Assembly: GCA_951406725.2 (NCBI GenBank)
Contig: OX597823.1
Span: forward strand, 101,432,001-101,496,000
DNA: 64,000 bases
DNA from: Octopus vulgaris
Taxonomy: Eukaryota
Direction of reading: 5' to 3'
A model generated the notes under the pieces. It did not search any database. It was not told the DNA's origin and saw nothing but the letters and a program-made list of their open reading frames with translations. The first letter of the stretch is position 1; each line of letters begins with the position of its first letter. Below are positions 51,662 through 64,000 of the stretch, piece after piece. Made by a program: the position numbers and the translations under genes.

Positions 51662-52025
51662 ACGTTGATGACGAAGAGGAGAATACAAATTTTATACACA
51701 TTCGAAAACTTCTTCATTTAAAAGATTTCTACAGTTCAAATGAAGTTTTCAAAGTGAACTGATTCAAACAAGAGTCCTGCGTTGGTATGCTGTTGAAGGT
51801 AAACAATAACGCTGTTTACCAACGCAGGACTCTTGTTTCAATCAGTTCACTTTGAAAACTTCGTGGTGAAATTGCAACGACTAGAATGCATCATAGCTGA
51901 AAACAAAGCAATGTGCAGTGGCTGCAGTCGAAACATATGTAAGTCAGATATATGCTGGAGAAATCTTTTAAATGAAGAAGTTTTCGAATGTGAATAAAAT
52001 CTCCATTTCTCTTCGTCATCAACGT
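51662..52025. repeat. Interrupted inverted repeat
   Basis: Inner arms 51742-51787 and 51817-51862; outer arms about 51662-51735 and 51953-52025; about 90 extra bp on the right arm. Confidence 0.88.
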
Positions 52026-52084
52026 CAAGTACACACACACAAACACACACACATTTATATATATAACTACATATATATACATAT

Positions 52085-52155
<71 letters not shown>

Positions 52156-52263
52156 GTGGTATTATAAGTTTTAAAACTGATGCAATATTTGTATTGTTCA
52201 ATTAAATGGAGTCGCATGAAACGATCGTACTGCATTACCTCTGGATATCCTTGTTGCTTATTT

Positions 52264-52311
<48 letters not shown>

Positions 52312-52679
52312 CCTTATAATGTTAAGGAAAATTGGCAGAAAGTGTAAAGTAACAGTTGTCATCGCAACATTGAAGAAGGACACTGTAAGAAACGTTGGGA
52401 ACTCCACAACCCACGGGAATATTTCTGTACTCATTCTGTCACTTATATACATAGAGAAAGAGGGAAGCGGGAGAGAGATGGGCGTATAGCAATAATTTAG
52501 AGCACTCGTCAATTTCGTTGTGTTTGCACTGTTTCAGACGAAGTATTGTTCCTACAATGCAGAATGCTTGGTCTACAGAGTCATTTGGAAGTTATATATC
52601 ATGAGCATCAATAGAATACAGAACCGGTGGCATAAGACGATCGCAAACCAAAAATATCAATGCTAGGTCGATAATTTCT

Positions 52680-52830
52680 AATAGTAGTAGTAGTAGTGGT
52701 GGTGGTGGCAATAGTAGTAGAAATAGCAGTAGTAGTAGCGAGGGGTTAGTATCTGCAGCAGCATTAGTTGTAGTAGTAGTAGTAGTAGTAGTAGTAGTCC
52801 AGTGAGGACGACGACGACGAAGAAGAAGAA

Positions 52831-52861
<31 letters not shown>

Positions 52862-52887
52862 AAGAAGAAGAATAAGAAGAATAAGAA

Positions 52888-52918
<31 letters not shown>

Positions 52919-52990
52919 AAGAAGAAGAAACTGATGATGATGACGACTATAACGGCGACAACAACGACGACGATGACGACGATGAAGACG
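52680..52990. repeat. Compound trinucleotide microsatellite (TAG)(GAC)(GAA)(GAT)
   Basis: Directly visible. Confidence 0.95.
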
Positions 52991-53805
52991 CTGGTGATGT
53001 CAGTAGTTATCTAAGAGTAGCAAATGTGTACAATGGTTTTTATTTATCCGTAATCAATTATTCTCTCTCCTCGACTTTCTATGGCGAAGCATTTGATTGG
53101 CTGCACGAAACCTGATAGGACCGTTATTTCGGCTCTTAGTTTCGTTACCATCGTGACTTGGTTGAAAATTTGAAGTTTCAAGAGAACCACCAGCAGCAGC
53201 AGCAGCAGCAGCAGCCACAACAACCACAAAATGGCGATCCCCGCTAAATAACCAACTCTGCTATAAAGTCAAACGTTCGTTTTAACTTTTTAGCATTCAG
53301 GTTATTGTGTCAAATATAAGACTTATTTACTCAGATCGTTTTGAATTGATCATGCATTATCTCGTATCTTCGAGTTTTCCAAGATGTAATTGTTTATTTT
53401 GATAATTACATTTTAGTGTCGGTGTGGAAGGCCGGGTTTGATAAGTTTGAACAGAAATCAGTTGAAAATTTTAGAGACTGATTAGGCTGATTTAAAGTTA
53501 GACAATTCAATAAATCCAACATATTCTTACAATTGAAAAATTAAGTCTCCCGTCTTGTACGGTGCCTCGTGTTTGTCTTTCGCATTGAATGCTGGGACAA
53601 TTCTTATGATGGTTTGTTAATTGCATGGGAGGCCTTTGAGTTTTAAAGGGGGGTAGAAAAAAGTATGGCATTTTTGTTTCAATATGGTGAATAATAAAGT
53701 CAAACAGGAAGGAGGGTTGGGAGCTTTGCGTACAACGAACAGAAAGAGTATGTGTGTGTATGCATGTATATGTATATGTATACTTATATGTATATGTATG
53801 TATAG

Positions 53806-53866
<61 letters not shown>

Positions 53867-53869
53867 ATG

Positions 53870-54004
<135 letters not shown>

Positions 54005-54214
54005 TCTTTACTCTCTCTCTTTTACTTGTTTCAATCATTTGACTGCGGCCATGCTGGAGCACCGCCTTTAGTCGAGCAAATCGACCCTAGGACTTATTCT
54101 TTGTAAGCCAAGTACTTATTCTATCGGTCTCTTTGGCCGAATCGCTAAGTTACGTGGACATAAACACACCAGCATCGGTTGTCAAGCGATGTTGGGGGGA
54201 CAAACACAGACACA

Positions 54215-54266
<52 letters not shown>

Positions 54267-54446
54267 TATACATACATATATACGACGGGCTTCTTTCAGT
54301 TTCCGTCTACCAAATCCACTCACAAGGCTTCGTTCGGCCTGAGGCTATAGTAGAATACACTTGCCCAAGGTGCCACGCAGTGGGACTGAACCCGGAACCA
54401 TGTGGTTGGTAAGCAAGCTCCTTACCACACAGCCACTCCTACGCCT
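54005..54446 (-). mobile_element. Full-length S1 SINE abutting the 3' end of the LINE
   Basis: Reverse complement of 20509-20925. Confidence 0.93.
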
Positions 54447-54449
54447 ATA

Positions 54450-56576
54450 TTTTTTTTATTTTATCTAGTTTCAGCTCACGAGCTGTGGCCATGCTGGGGC
54501 ACCGCCATTTGTTGTTGCTACATGATTTTACTTCACGAATGCTTTTTAGCAATTGCCATTTGGTGCATGAGAGAGTTCGATGCAGCTGCCCTCATCTGCA
54601 CCTCTTGCCGTGAAGTTGGTTCATCTGGGACACCTGGCAGGAAGAGATCCTGTTTTATTTTAAAGACATCCACCCCATGCAGGTCTTTCAGGTTCTTCGG
54701 GAGGATATTGAAGAGCTGTCGGCCTCTGAAGCCCAGGCTATCACAGTATCTTGTCCAACATCTTGATGGCAAATTTGGAGTCCTTGGCACTATGCAGTGG
54801 CGCCCAGTTCTGGTATTTGTGTAACTCTCGATGCCAAAGTTTGGGACAAGTCCTTCTAGGATCTTCCAGATGTATATTATAGCATATCTTTCTCGCCTAC
54901 GCTCTAAGGAATAGAGTCTTAATCTCTTGAGTCTTTCCCAGTAGCTTATATGCTGCACAGAGGCTATCTTCTTCGTGTAGCTTCGTTGGATCGCCTCAAG
55001 TTCTGTGATTAACTTGACACTGGATGGTGACCATAGCTGAGAGCAATAGTCAAAGTGGCTTAGGACAAGTGTCCTCCAGAGGACCATCATGGTTTCCTGG
55101 TCTCTTGTTCTAAAGGTTCAAAGAATCCTTCCGGTCAGCCGCCTACATTTCATTGCCAATTTAGCAACATGCACATGAAAGGTTGCATTATCACTCATGT
55201 AAATACCCAGGTCTCGCACTGATTGTGCCTCTGGGATTGCAATCCCTCCAGGTCCAGTGTATTTATTGAGTATTGCATTTAGTTTTGCATGCTGATAGCA
55301 TAAAGCTTGAAACTTTTCAGCATTGAACTGCATACTATTCTTTTCAGCCCACTTGTATATTTTGTCGAGCTCACATTGCAGGTGCATTAGTGTCTTCAGG
55401 ATTCTGTATTGCCTGTGAAACTTTTGTATCATCTGCATAACTTGTGATTGTGGCTCTCTGCGTGGCTGAGGGCATGTCTGAGAGGGCCATTATGAACAGT
55501 AGTGGTCCCAAAACAGTGCCTTGCAGAACACCGCTCACTATTTGCGTGTTAATGGAAGTGGCCCCATTGGCTACTACCACCTGGCTTCTATCCTTCAGAA
55601 AGTCATGAAGCCATTCTCCCATTTTCCAACTATGCCAAGATCACGCAGTTTGTGACATATCATTCCATGATCGACTTTATCAAAGGCCTTTGCAAAATCG
55701 AGATATATCAACTTCCACATTTGAGTGGTTGAGCAGTCATTTCAGCACCCAGTCATAGTGTTGTAGGAGCGGAGTTAGGTAGCTTCTTCCTGGTCGGAAA
55801 CCATGTTGGGTGTCAGGCAGCAAGTCATTTTCTTCAAGGAAGGTGATTAGTTTCCTTCTGACTATTCGTTCCATGACCTTGCTGATGTGTGAGGTCAGAG
55901 AGATAGGTCTGTAGTTCTTGGCCTCCGCTCTGCTACCTCCTTTATGAATAGGGCATATTTTACCTTCCTTCAGTTTTCTTGGAAGTTTGCCAGTTGCAAG
56001 GAAGCTCTGAAAGTGGAACTGCAGTGGTCTTGCTAGGACTCTCTAACATACTTTTAGAAGGATTGCTGGGAATCCATCGGGGCCAGCAGCTGAGTTTGTT
56101 TTCATTTCATCTATAGCCTGTATTACATCGTCTGCCTTTATATTGATGTAATCAATCATTGCTGCCTCTGATTTTATATCTGCAGTGGTAAAGAAGTCAT
56201 TTGGATTGCTGACTTGAAAATGCCCTAGGGGTTGAGTGAAAATACTCTTGAATTGCTCATTTAGTATTTCACTTATCCTCATTGGATTTCCTGTGAGTGT
56301 GCCATCCTTTTCAAAGAGTGGCCCTATCCTACAGTGCACTGTAGCTGTTTCCTTGGCATACCTGTAGAAAGCTCAGGGGTTAGATTTTATGTTGTCTATA
56401 GCCCAGGCTTCTTCGTCTGCTCTTTATTTTTCATGGGAGAGTTGCAGACATTTTTCAAATTCCAACAGTTTTATTTTCAGACGGGACTTTTCACTGCTTT
56501 CAGTTTGTTTGTTTAGGCGATTTGAAACTTTTGTACGCCGTCTCATTAGAATTTTCCTCTCTCTGGGGATTTTGTT
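54450..56576 (-). mobile_element. 5'-truncated CR1-type LINE, same family as 11328-13264
   Basis: ORF pieces 56424-56609, 56043-56339, 55371-55622 (YADD), 55118-55438 and 54533-55090 are mostly near-identical to the plus-strand copy. It has the same 3' tail and extends about 190 bp further 5'. Confidence 0.95.
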
Positions 56577-56792
56577 ATACATATATATATATATATACAT
56601 ATTACACATATATATATATATATATATTATATACGTTTTTATTATTTTTTTGCAATTTACTTAATCATCGGTATATTATTGTTAATTTAATTTTAATATT
56701 TCTACTATATGTAATTTTCTAGATGGTGTAATTTAATTGTTCATTTTTAATTGATAAAAAGTAGTTTTTTTCTAATTTATATATATATGTAT

Positions 56793-56879
<87 letters not shown>

Positions 56880-57175
56880 TATATAAATTAGAAAAAAACT
56901 ACTTATACTCTCTTATACATACACGCACCTTTGTGTTGGGGGCACCTTCGTTTTGGAAGTCTTTTGACCCTGTTATCTCCCCTACTGTCCCTCTCGCGTC
57001 TGACCACTGCCCGAAGTCAGGACGCCATGATAGATCGTTAGCTCCTACACGCATTTTTTTCTCTCCTTGTTTCGCTCCTTGTTCTTTTAAGTGAATCTTT
57101 CTGTCGAAGCGCCATACTAATACATTTGTTTGTTTGTACTCCACCTGCCTTCGTCTTTTGTTTATTTTCGTAAAC

Positions 57176-57677
<502 letters not shown>

Positions 57678-58550
57678 GTGTGTGGGTTGTGTGTTGTGAT
57701 GTGATATGTGTATGTATGTCTGCATCAGAAATCATCATAGTTCATGCACACTAATATTTTTACATTAATTATGGGATATACTTAGCAGTCTGTGTAAAAT
57801 AAAGCACACTAATTCAGACGATCATTTGCTATCTTCACCCCTTAGCACCATTGTGATTTCCCAATTTATACAATATCTATGTGCTATCTTAATTGGAAAC
57901 ATACGACAAGACAGATGCACTGATTTATGCAATAATTGTGGGTTATCTCCAACAATTCTAATTCAATGGTTTATAAGTACTATTGTATTGACCTCAATAC
58001 AAAACTGCGGTTCGCCTATGTGATACTATGTGTATAATATCCACAACGGAGTATGTTTTCAGCTGTAAAAATCTATACATAACCGAAATAGGCTACAGTA
58101 AATCAATTGTTAGAAACAGAAAAGAAGTAAAATGCATTCTGTTATCGTAAATATCAGCTGTCTGTACTGTAACTGAAAATAGCATTATCAGTGATAACTT
58201 TATTTACATAGGACAATTTGTAGAATCTGATATCTTTATTTCTATATTTCTACCGCTCCACTTTGTGGAAATTGTGGAAACAGAGTTTCATCCAGCATGG
58301 AAACAAATTTATTTCATCATTTGTTTTTCTTTGTATTTATTCTTGTATTTATTCGATTGCATGGAGACTAGTAGTAGCGTGGAGCATAGCTGAGTGGTTA
58401 AGAATTTCACTTTGCGATCACAAGTTCGATCCTAGAGCACAGCATTTTGGACAAATGTCTTTTACTATAGCCCTGAACCCTATGAGACAAATTAGTAAAA
58501 TTGGAAGACGTAAGCTGCGAGAACGCTTGTCGGAAAGATTGTATCTATTA

Positions 58551-58937
58551 CTAGCAGTATCGCCCGGCGTTGCTCGGGTTTGTTTCGACCCTTTAGAATT
58601 GGAAGTTTTGAAAAGTAAGAATTTTGCATTATTTAGCTTGTTATTCTCTTTAAATGAATATTTTTCTGGTTGAAATACACCGAAAAATGGCGACACAGCA
58701 GTCAAAAAGTCGTAAAAAATAGGGATTTTCATAGCAAAAAAACACCTTTTTGATGTAAATAATTTTTGGTGTTAACATGGTCCGATTTGAATTTTTTCTT
58801 CTACGGAAGGAAGAGCAAGCCTTCTATCATACTCTCAATTTTGGTCAACTTGCGCCGCAGGGTCTCGGAGGAGATAGTGTTAGTTGAAGGCTACCAAACC
58901 TGCCATACACAGACAACTTCAGCTTTATATATATAGA
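58551..58937 (-). mobile_element. Non-autonomous Helitron, family HA
   Basis: Third near-identical copy, with TC/CTAG termini and an A|T site. Confidence 0.9.
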
Positions 58938-59506
58938 TTATTTAAACGTCCAAACTTGCCATACACTGTATCACGCTGATTCTGCTAGAAAATTACTTTA
59001 AGTAGTAATTGTGTCAGTGCAATAGTGAGCTACATACACGATATTTGTGTAGTAAAAGGAATATTTCCTCGATCGAACAACTATATTCTCGTGGGGAAAC
59101 CAGCGTAGGGCCATTGGAACTCTGAAGAAAATACCACGCAGTATTCATTTTCGGAAGATTCCATATAACACTAGGGTCGACAATGTGTTTCGTTTCCCTA
59201 GGCTCACTTAAATAAGAACTACTCAAGTCTTAAGAACGGTTTCAACGCTTTTACACCTTCCCAACACTGATGGCATTGTGCAAATCTAAAAAACTCACAT
59301 GTCTTTTGTGGACAGGATATTGGACTAGCAGAATTAGTCGAGTGCTGTACAGTCAAAGATCAAATCCTGCTGTGGTGGATTTAATTTCCAGTCTTAAAGA
59401 GAAAGTTAATATATAAAAAATATCAGGGTACTGGGTTCGATTCAGTCCATCCATCACTTATGAACAAATTGTCAGTATTAGAAATCAGTCAATATTTTAC
59501 TCGCTT

Positions 59507-59800
59507 ATGGCGGCGAGCTGGCAGAATCGTTAGCACGCCGGGCGAAATGCTTAGAAGTATTTCGTCTGTCTTTACGTTCTGAGTTCAAATTCTGCTGAGG
59601 TCCATTTGCGTACTGGGCTCGATAAATTAAGTACCATTTGCGTACTGGGATTGATAAATTAAGTACCATTTGCGTACTGGGATTGATAAATTAAGTATCA
59701 TTTGCGTACTGGGGTCGATAAATTAAGTACCATTTGCGTACTGGGATCGATCTAATCGACTGGCCCCCTTCCCCAAAATTTCGGGCCTAAAGTAGAAAAG
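59507..59800 (+). mobile_element. S2 SINE with an internal 32-bp tandem expansion and a 16-bp target-site duplication
   Basis: AATATTTTACTCGCTT at 59491-59506 and 59801-59816; unit CATTTGCGTACTGGGATTGATAAATTAAGTAC repeated about 4.6 times (59603-59751). Confidence 0.92.
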
Positions 59801-60231
59801 AATATTTTACTCGCTTGAAGTCACAGTATTCCGGTGAGAAACAAATATGTTTTTCTGTTTCTCCCCAAGAAAGTAAAGCAATATTTTCTCTAGGTTATTT
59901 CTTTCTACTTGTGTTCCCTAAGTTGACGCTTAGCTTCATGTCAAGGCTATGGAAGTCACATTCGCAAAGTCTTGGAATCTATTCCCGGAATCAGCAAGGC
60001 CCTTCATTTGACGTTGCTTCGATCTAACCATTTAAAATTAGTTGTAGCAGACTTTCAGCACCAAATAATGCAAATAGAAGTGTCAGTGCCCTCCTGAGGG
60101 CTGCAACAGACCGAGTGATGCTTATTCCCTAATCTTATTCTCTTATTTCTACCTTAGTCTTTATATATGTATGTGTGTATGTATGTATGTATGTATGTAT
60201 GTATGTATGTATGTATGTATGTATGTATGTG

Positions 60232-60285
<54 letters not shown>

Positions 60286-60308
60286 GTGACAATTATTCGG
60301 TTGCCATA

Positions 60309-60367
60309 ATAAGACTCCGAGTTTCGGATGTCGGAGCGGAAACCTGCCCCAGCATCTCGTCAGTTAT
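60309..60367 (-). ncRNA. Type I hammerhead ribozyme with long stem II
   Basis: Minus strand reads AUAA-CUGACGA-GAUGCUGGGGC(AGGUUUCC)GCUCCGACAUC-C-GAAA-CUCGGAG-UC-UUAT. Confidence 0.78.
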
Positions 60368-60482
60368 CGATGCAATCAAACCATGCTATGAAAATGACCA
60401 TTAAATAAGGGGAAAAACCGAAGGGGAGGAAGTAAAAAGTAAAGAAGTAGAAAATGGTTATTGCAATCGCTTATATGTATAC

Positions 60483-60515
<33 letters not shown>

Positions 60516-60521
60516 TGTATG

Positions 60522-60558
<37 letters not shown>

Positions 60559-60704
60559 AATATAAAAATTTAAAAAATAAAAAAAAATTTTTTTTTTAAT
60601 GTATATAGTTATTTACTTCCATTTATATATTTACCTGTGAATTTTATTTTATTACGTTTTCAATTTTGTTTATATTGTAACCAGTTTATGGGGATCCTCT
60701 TCTG

Positions 60705-61675
60705 TCATATGTTGTGGTGTGTGCTAGTGTTCCATTCCAGTTTCCTATTCAGGTTAGGTTTATCTTCTATTATGTGTGTAGCTTCCGTAATTTGTCTAAT
60801 TGTTGCGTCTGTTCTATGTGTGGACAAGATTTTAACTTCTATGTTGTTGATTGAGCCCCGTGTTCCTGCTCGGCGTGTTGGTATAGAATAGATGAGCTCT
60901 TTTCTTCCTTAAGTTCTCTCCAATGTACATTTATTCGCTCTCCTATACTTCGTGCCGTTTCCCCTACGTATATCGTTGTCGTTACTGCATCGTCCCTCTA
61001 TACATCTTATACTACAGACTACATTTCTGGCTTTACAGTTTGTTTGTGGGCTAAATCTACACACAGTACAGTACCTATCTGTACAGGGGTTTCTACTAAA
61101 AGGGTAGGTTCTACCGACTATGGATTTGATAGGGTTACCTGGCTTTTCAACAACCTTAATCCTTAGCTTAAGTTTGTCTAGGGTCCTTCTAAAGCGGTAT
61201 GCCAGTTCACCTCTAGGGGTGGTGTCAACGAACATGACACTCTGGTATTTGTGGCTATCATACCAAGAGTTGGCCTTCCCTATTTTCTTCTTTGTCCTTT
61301 CAATAGTGCTCCATGATTTGCTCCTATAGAGTGGCAAATCCTATTCCTATCATTATATAAGATAGTATCAAATTTCTTCATGGCTCCTTTGTATACTCTG
61401 ATCCTTTCTTTATGGCTGTAACCTGAGAACTGCATGCGGTGAACGAAATGTTGTATGTGTCTCTTTAACTCTGTAGGCTCGCACATGCGGGACACATTTC
61501 GCATTATTCTGACGAGGTCTGCCATCAAAATATTGAATTTGGCATTGTCCGCGATGGCTGAGTTCCGGTGGATCAAGTAATTGGAGGCCATAGGCTTGGC
61601 ATAGTACGAATGAAGGATTTGGGTTTTATTATTCTCAGTTTCTAGCCAGAGTTCTGTGTCTAGTACTGGTAGTCT
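60705..61675 (-). mobile_element. 5'-truncated Penelope-like element (RT motif 7 and thumb, Cys-rich linker, GIY-YIG endonuclease), probably Naiad-like
   Basis: Across frameshifts: [94 protein letters not shown]. The clade call comes from my recall of motifs. Confidence 0.88.
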
Positions 61676-61739
61676 ATATATATATAGAGACTACCAGTAC
61701 TAGACACAACTCTGGCTAGAAACTGAGAATAATAAAACC

Positions 61740-61744
<5 letters not shown>
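61617..61744. repeat. Fold-back duplication of the Penelope 5' end across a short (TA)n
   Basis: 61617-61675 is mirrored by 61688-61744 (one 2-nt indel). Confidence 0.93.
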
Positions 61745-61822
<78 letters not shown>

Positions 61823-62555
61823 GTATATATATAAAGCCAGTTGTGTGTGTGTGATATTTCTAGAGAAGTACTCAACTCGAATACTGTGCTATCAACCCTG
61901 TCGGGATCCAAGCCAAAGCTGCAATACTTCTGGTGTAGAAAGTCCAAGTTTCAAGACGATTATACCATCACATGGTTTAACGAAGGGTAAATAATCCAAT
62001 GAAAAGAAGACAAAGAAAATTCTTTAAAAGAATTTTCTTTGTTGTCTTCTTTTAATTGTGATCTAAACGAATAGGTACGCTGGGTAAGTGCTATGGTTGG
62101 TCGACCAATTAGTTCCCGTAATCACAGCTAAGGCTGGATCTAGAGATCTGTGTTAGAGTTCCGTTATAGCATGTATATATTATATTAGAGGAAAAATCAA
62201 AACCAAAGCAGAACGAGTATCTCAAATCTCTAATTAGGGTAAGATGAATTTGAAGTCTTTCAGCCGCTTCTATCATAACCCAAGTGGTAGGTTAGCATGT
62301 CCACGCACTGGGTATTCCGTCATCAGACACAATGTATGAATATTTTAGACAGGGAAAATTTACAGTTTACAAGGAATAGAATTCACAGTTTATAAGGAAT
62401 AAAATAGAAGAGTAAAAGTAGTTAGAAGACTGTATTTAGGCAGGAAAATAACTGTAAGACTTCAATATCTGTACGACTTCAAATTCGCCTTACCATAATT
62501 AAATTATTTTAAATGACTTGAGATACTTGGTTTTAATTTTCCTCTAATATCATAT

Positions 62556-62634
<79 letters not shown>

Positions 62635-62635
<1 letters not shown>

Positions 62636-62788
62636 TTTATTTAAAGCAGCAGAAAATTCAACAAAATATGTTACTCTGAGTTTCCCGTTGCCGTTCATGA
62701 ATTTGAAGTCTTAAAAACTGTCCGATGAACGGCAACGGGAAACTCAGAGTAACAGATTTTGTTGAATTTTCTGCTGCTTTAAATAAAG
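62635..62788. repeat. Inverted repeat with 64-bp arms and a 26-nt loop
   Basis: 62635-62698 versus 62725-62788, one mismatch. Confidence 0.93.
62713..62760 (+). ncRNA. Variant minimal type I hammerhead
   Basis: AAAAACUGU-CCGAUGA-ACG(GCAA)CGG-GAAA-CUCAGAG-UA-ACAGAUUUU. It has a U4C core variant and a mismatched first pair of stem II. Confidence 0.6.
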
Positions 62789-62857
62789 CATATTACTCTA
62801 CCACTGGTATTTGAGTACTCTTTTTTCCACCTTGTTTCACATTTATGTGTTTACTCC

Positions 62858-62896
<39 letters not shown>

Positions 62897-62927
62897 CATA
62901 TATATATATACGTATGTATGTATGCAC

Positions 62928-62987
<60 letters not shown>

Positions 62988-63190
62988 ACAATTTAATAAA
63001 TAAAACATATGCATACATACATATATGTACATACCTACATCTATATGTATATATACATGCATATATGAGTACAGGACACCACAAATAAACGTAGAACACA
63101 ACGAGAAACGAAAACAAAATCAAACGAGGAAACGGACTTTTTTTAACAACGAAAAAAACAGAGTACAAGACAAACAATACAAGGAACATT

Positions 63191-63252
63191 CCCCTTCTTC
63201 AGCTGCCCCTGTTTCGACTCAATGCGTGTTTCGAAGGTAAGGGCAGAACACG
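63191..63252 (-). ncRNA. Candidate non-circularly permuted hammerhead-like RNA within a repeat that is T-rich on the minus strand (about 63065-63560)
   Basis: Minus strand reads CGUG-UU-CUGCCCUU-a-CCUUC-GAAA-CACG-(14 nt)-AGGGGCAG-CUGAAGA-AGGGG. Confidence 0.6.
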
Positions 63253-63708
63253 ACCACGCCGAAGCAATTCTTCCCGCAAAATGAATTAAATAAAATATTT
63301 TGCAGAGGGGTAAAAAAAGTGACAAGTACAGGACGTAAAAGCAATACAAATGAAGAAAAAACAGTACAAATAAAGATAAAAACAGTAAAAGACAGGACAA
63401 GGAAACCAGCAATAAGAGCTTTTTTAAGCCTAGACGGTGGAAAAATTCGTTAGACCGTTTCTGAAGATCGGCTGCGGAAGAGAGAAAAAAGCCGATGCTG
63501 ACAAGTAGAAAGCTGTGGGCAGAAAGAAAGTTAGTAGCCGTCCGGTCAGAGACGAGAGAGAGGAGGAGGAGTGAGAGAGAGGAGAAGAAACCAGAAAGGG
63601 TGAAAAATAAGAAGGAGAGAGACAGGTAGAGAGGAAGACAGACAGGCAGGGAGGAAAGGTCAAGTAAAGAGTTAAGAGAAGAGAGATAGAGAGAGAGAAA
63701 ATGGATGT

Positions 63709-63750
<42 letters not shown>

Positions 63751-63799
63751 GGATAGATAGATGCATGCATACATACATTCATACATACTTGATATGGAC

Positions 63800-63832
<33 letters not shown>

Positions 63833-64000
63833 TGTATGTATGTATGTATGTATGTATACGTATGTGTGAGAGAGAAAAAAAACAGCGGCTTAATTAAATT
63901 AAAAGTTAGAAATTGTATTCAGTAGCAGGTTTCAGAAAGTGACCACACTCTAATACTCCTTAAAATATGTTTAGGAAATACCAAATACGAATGTTGAATA

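Noticed and set aside
59603-59751. CRISPR-like 32-bp repeats
   Set aside because: Units are contiguous with no spacers, derive from SINE sequence, and lie in a eukaryotic context without cas genes.
60705-61675. Selenocysteine recoding, as described for some Naiad elements
   Set aside because: No in-frame TGA at Cys positions in the visible fragments; the breaks are frameshifts.
62240-62335. Minus-strand CTGATGA...GAAA
   Set aside because: Stems I and II do not close around the core.
63430-63555. Minus-strand CTGACCG...GAAACGGTC
   Set aside because: Core and helix I are too degenerate to call a hammerhead.

Overview
AT-rich eukaryotic non-coding DNA (intron or intergenic), dense in microsatellites and transposable elements. 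The repeat make-up resembles a coleoid cephalopod (Octopus-like) genome; this is inferred, not proven. I found no host protein-coding exon, and nearly all ORFs in the supplied track are microsatellite artefacts. Real coding remnants: two convergent, 5'-truncated CR1-type LINE copies (11328-13264 +, 54450-56576 -), a Penelope-like RT-thumb/GIY-YIG fragment (60705-61675 -), and decayed maT (DD37D), mariner, DD41D-like and RTE relics. There are also several tRNA-derived SINE families and five non-autonomous Helitrons. The most interesting layer is RNA structure. (i) A 353-bp tandem unit carries a minimal type I hammerhead ribozyme, resembling a retrozyme or Penelope terminal repeat. (ii) Further hammerheads lie near the Penelope fragment. 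(iii) Two sequence-unrelated elements (6549-6610 +, 63191-63252 -) contain all hammerhead core motifs and complementary helices in the same non-circularly permuted strand order. Fold-back palindromes recur at insertion junctions and (TA)n tracts, and the LINE and one SINE family share a covarying 3' stem-loop.
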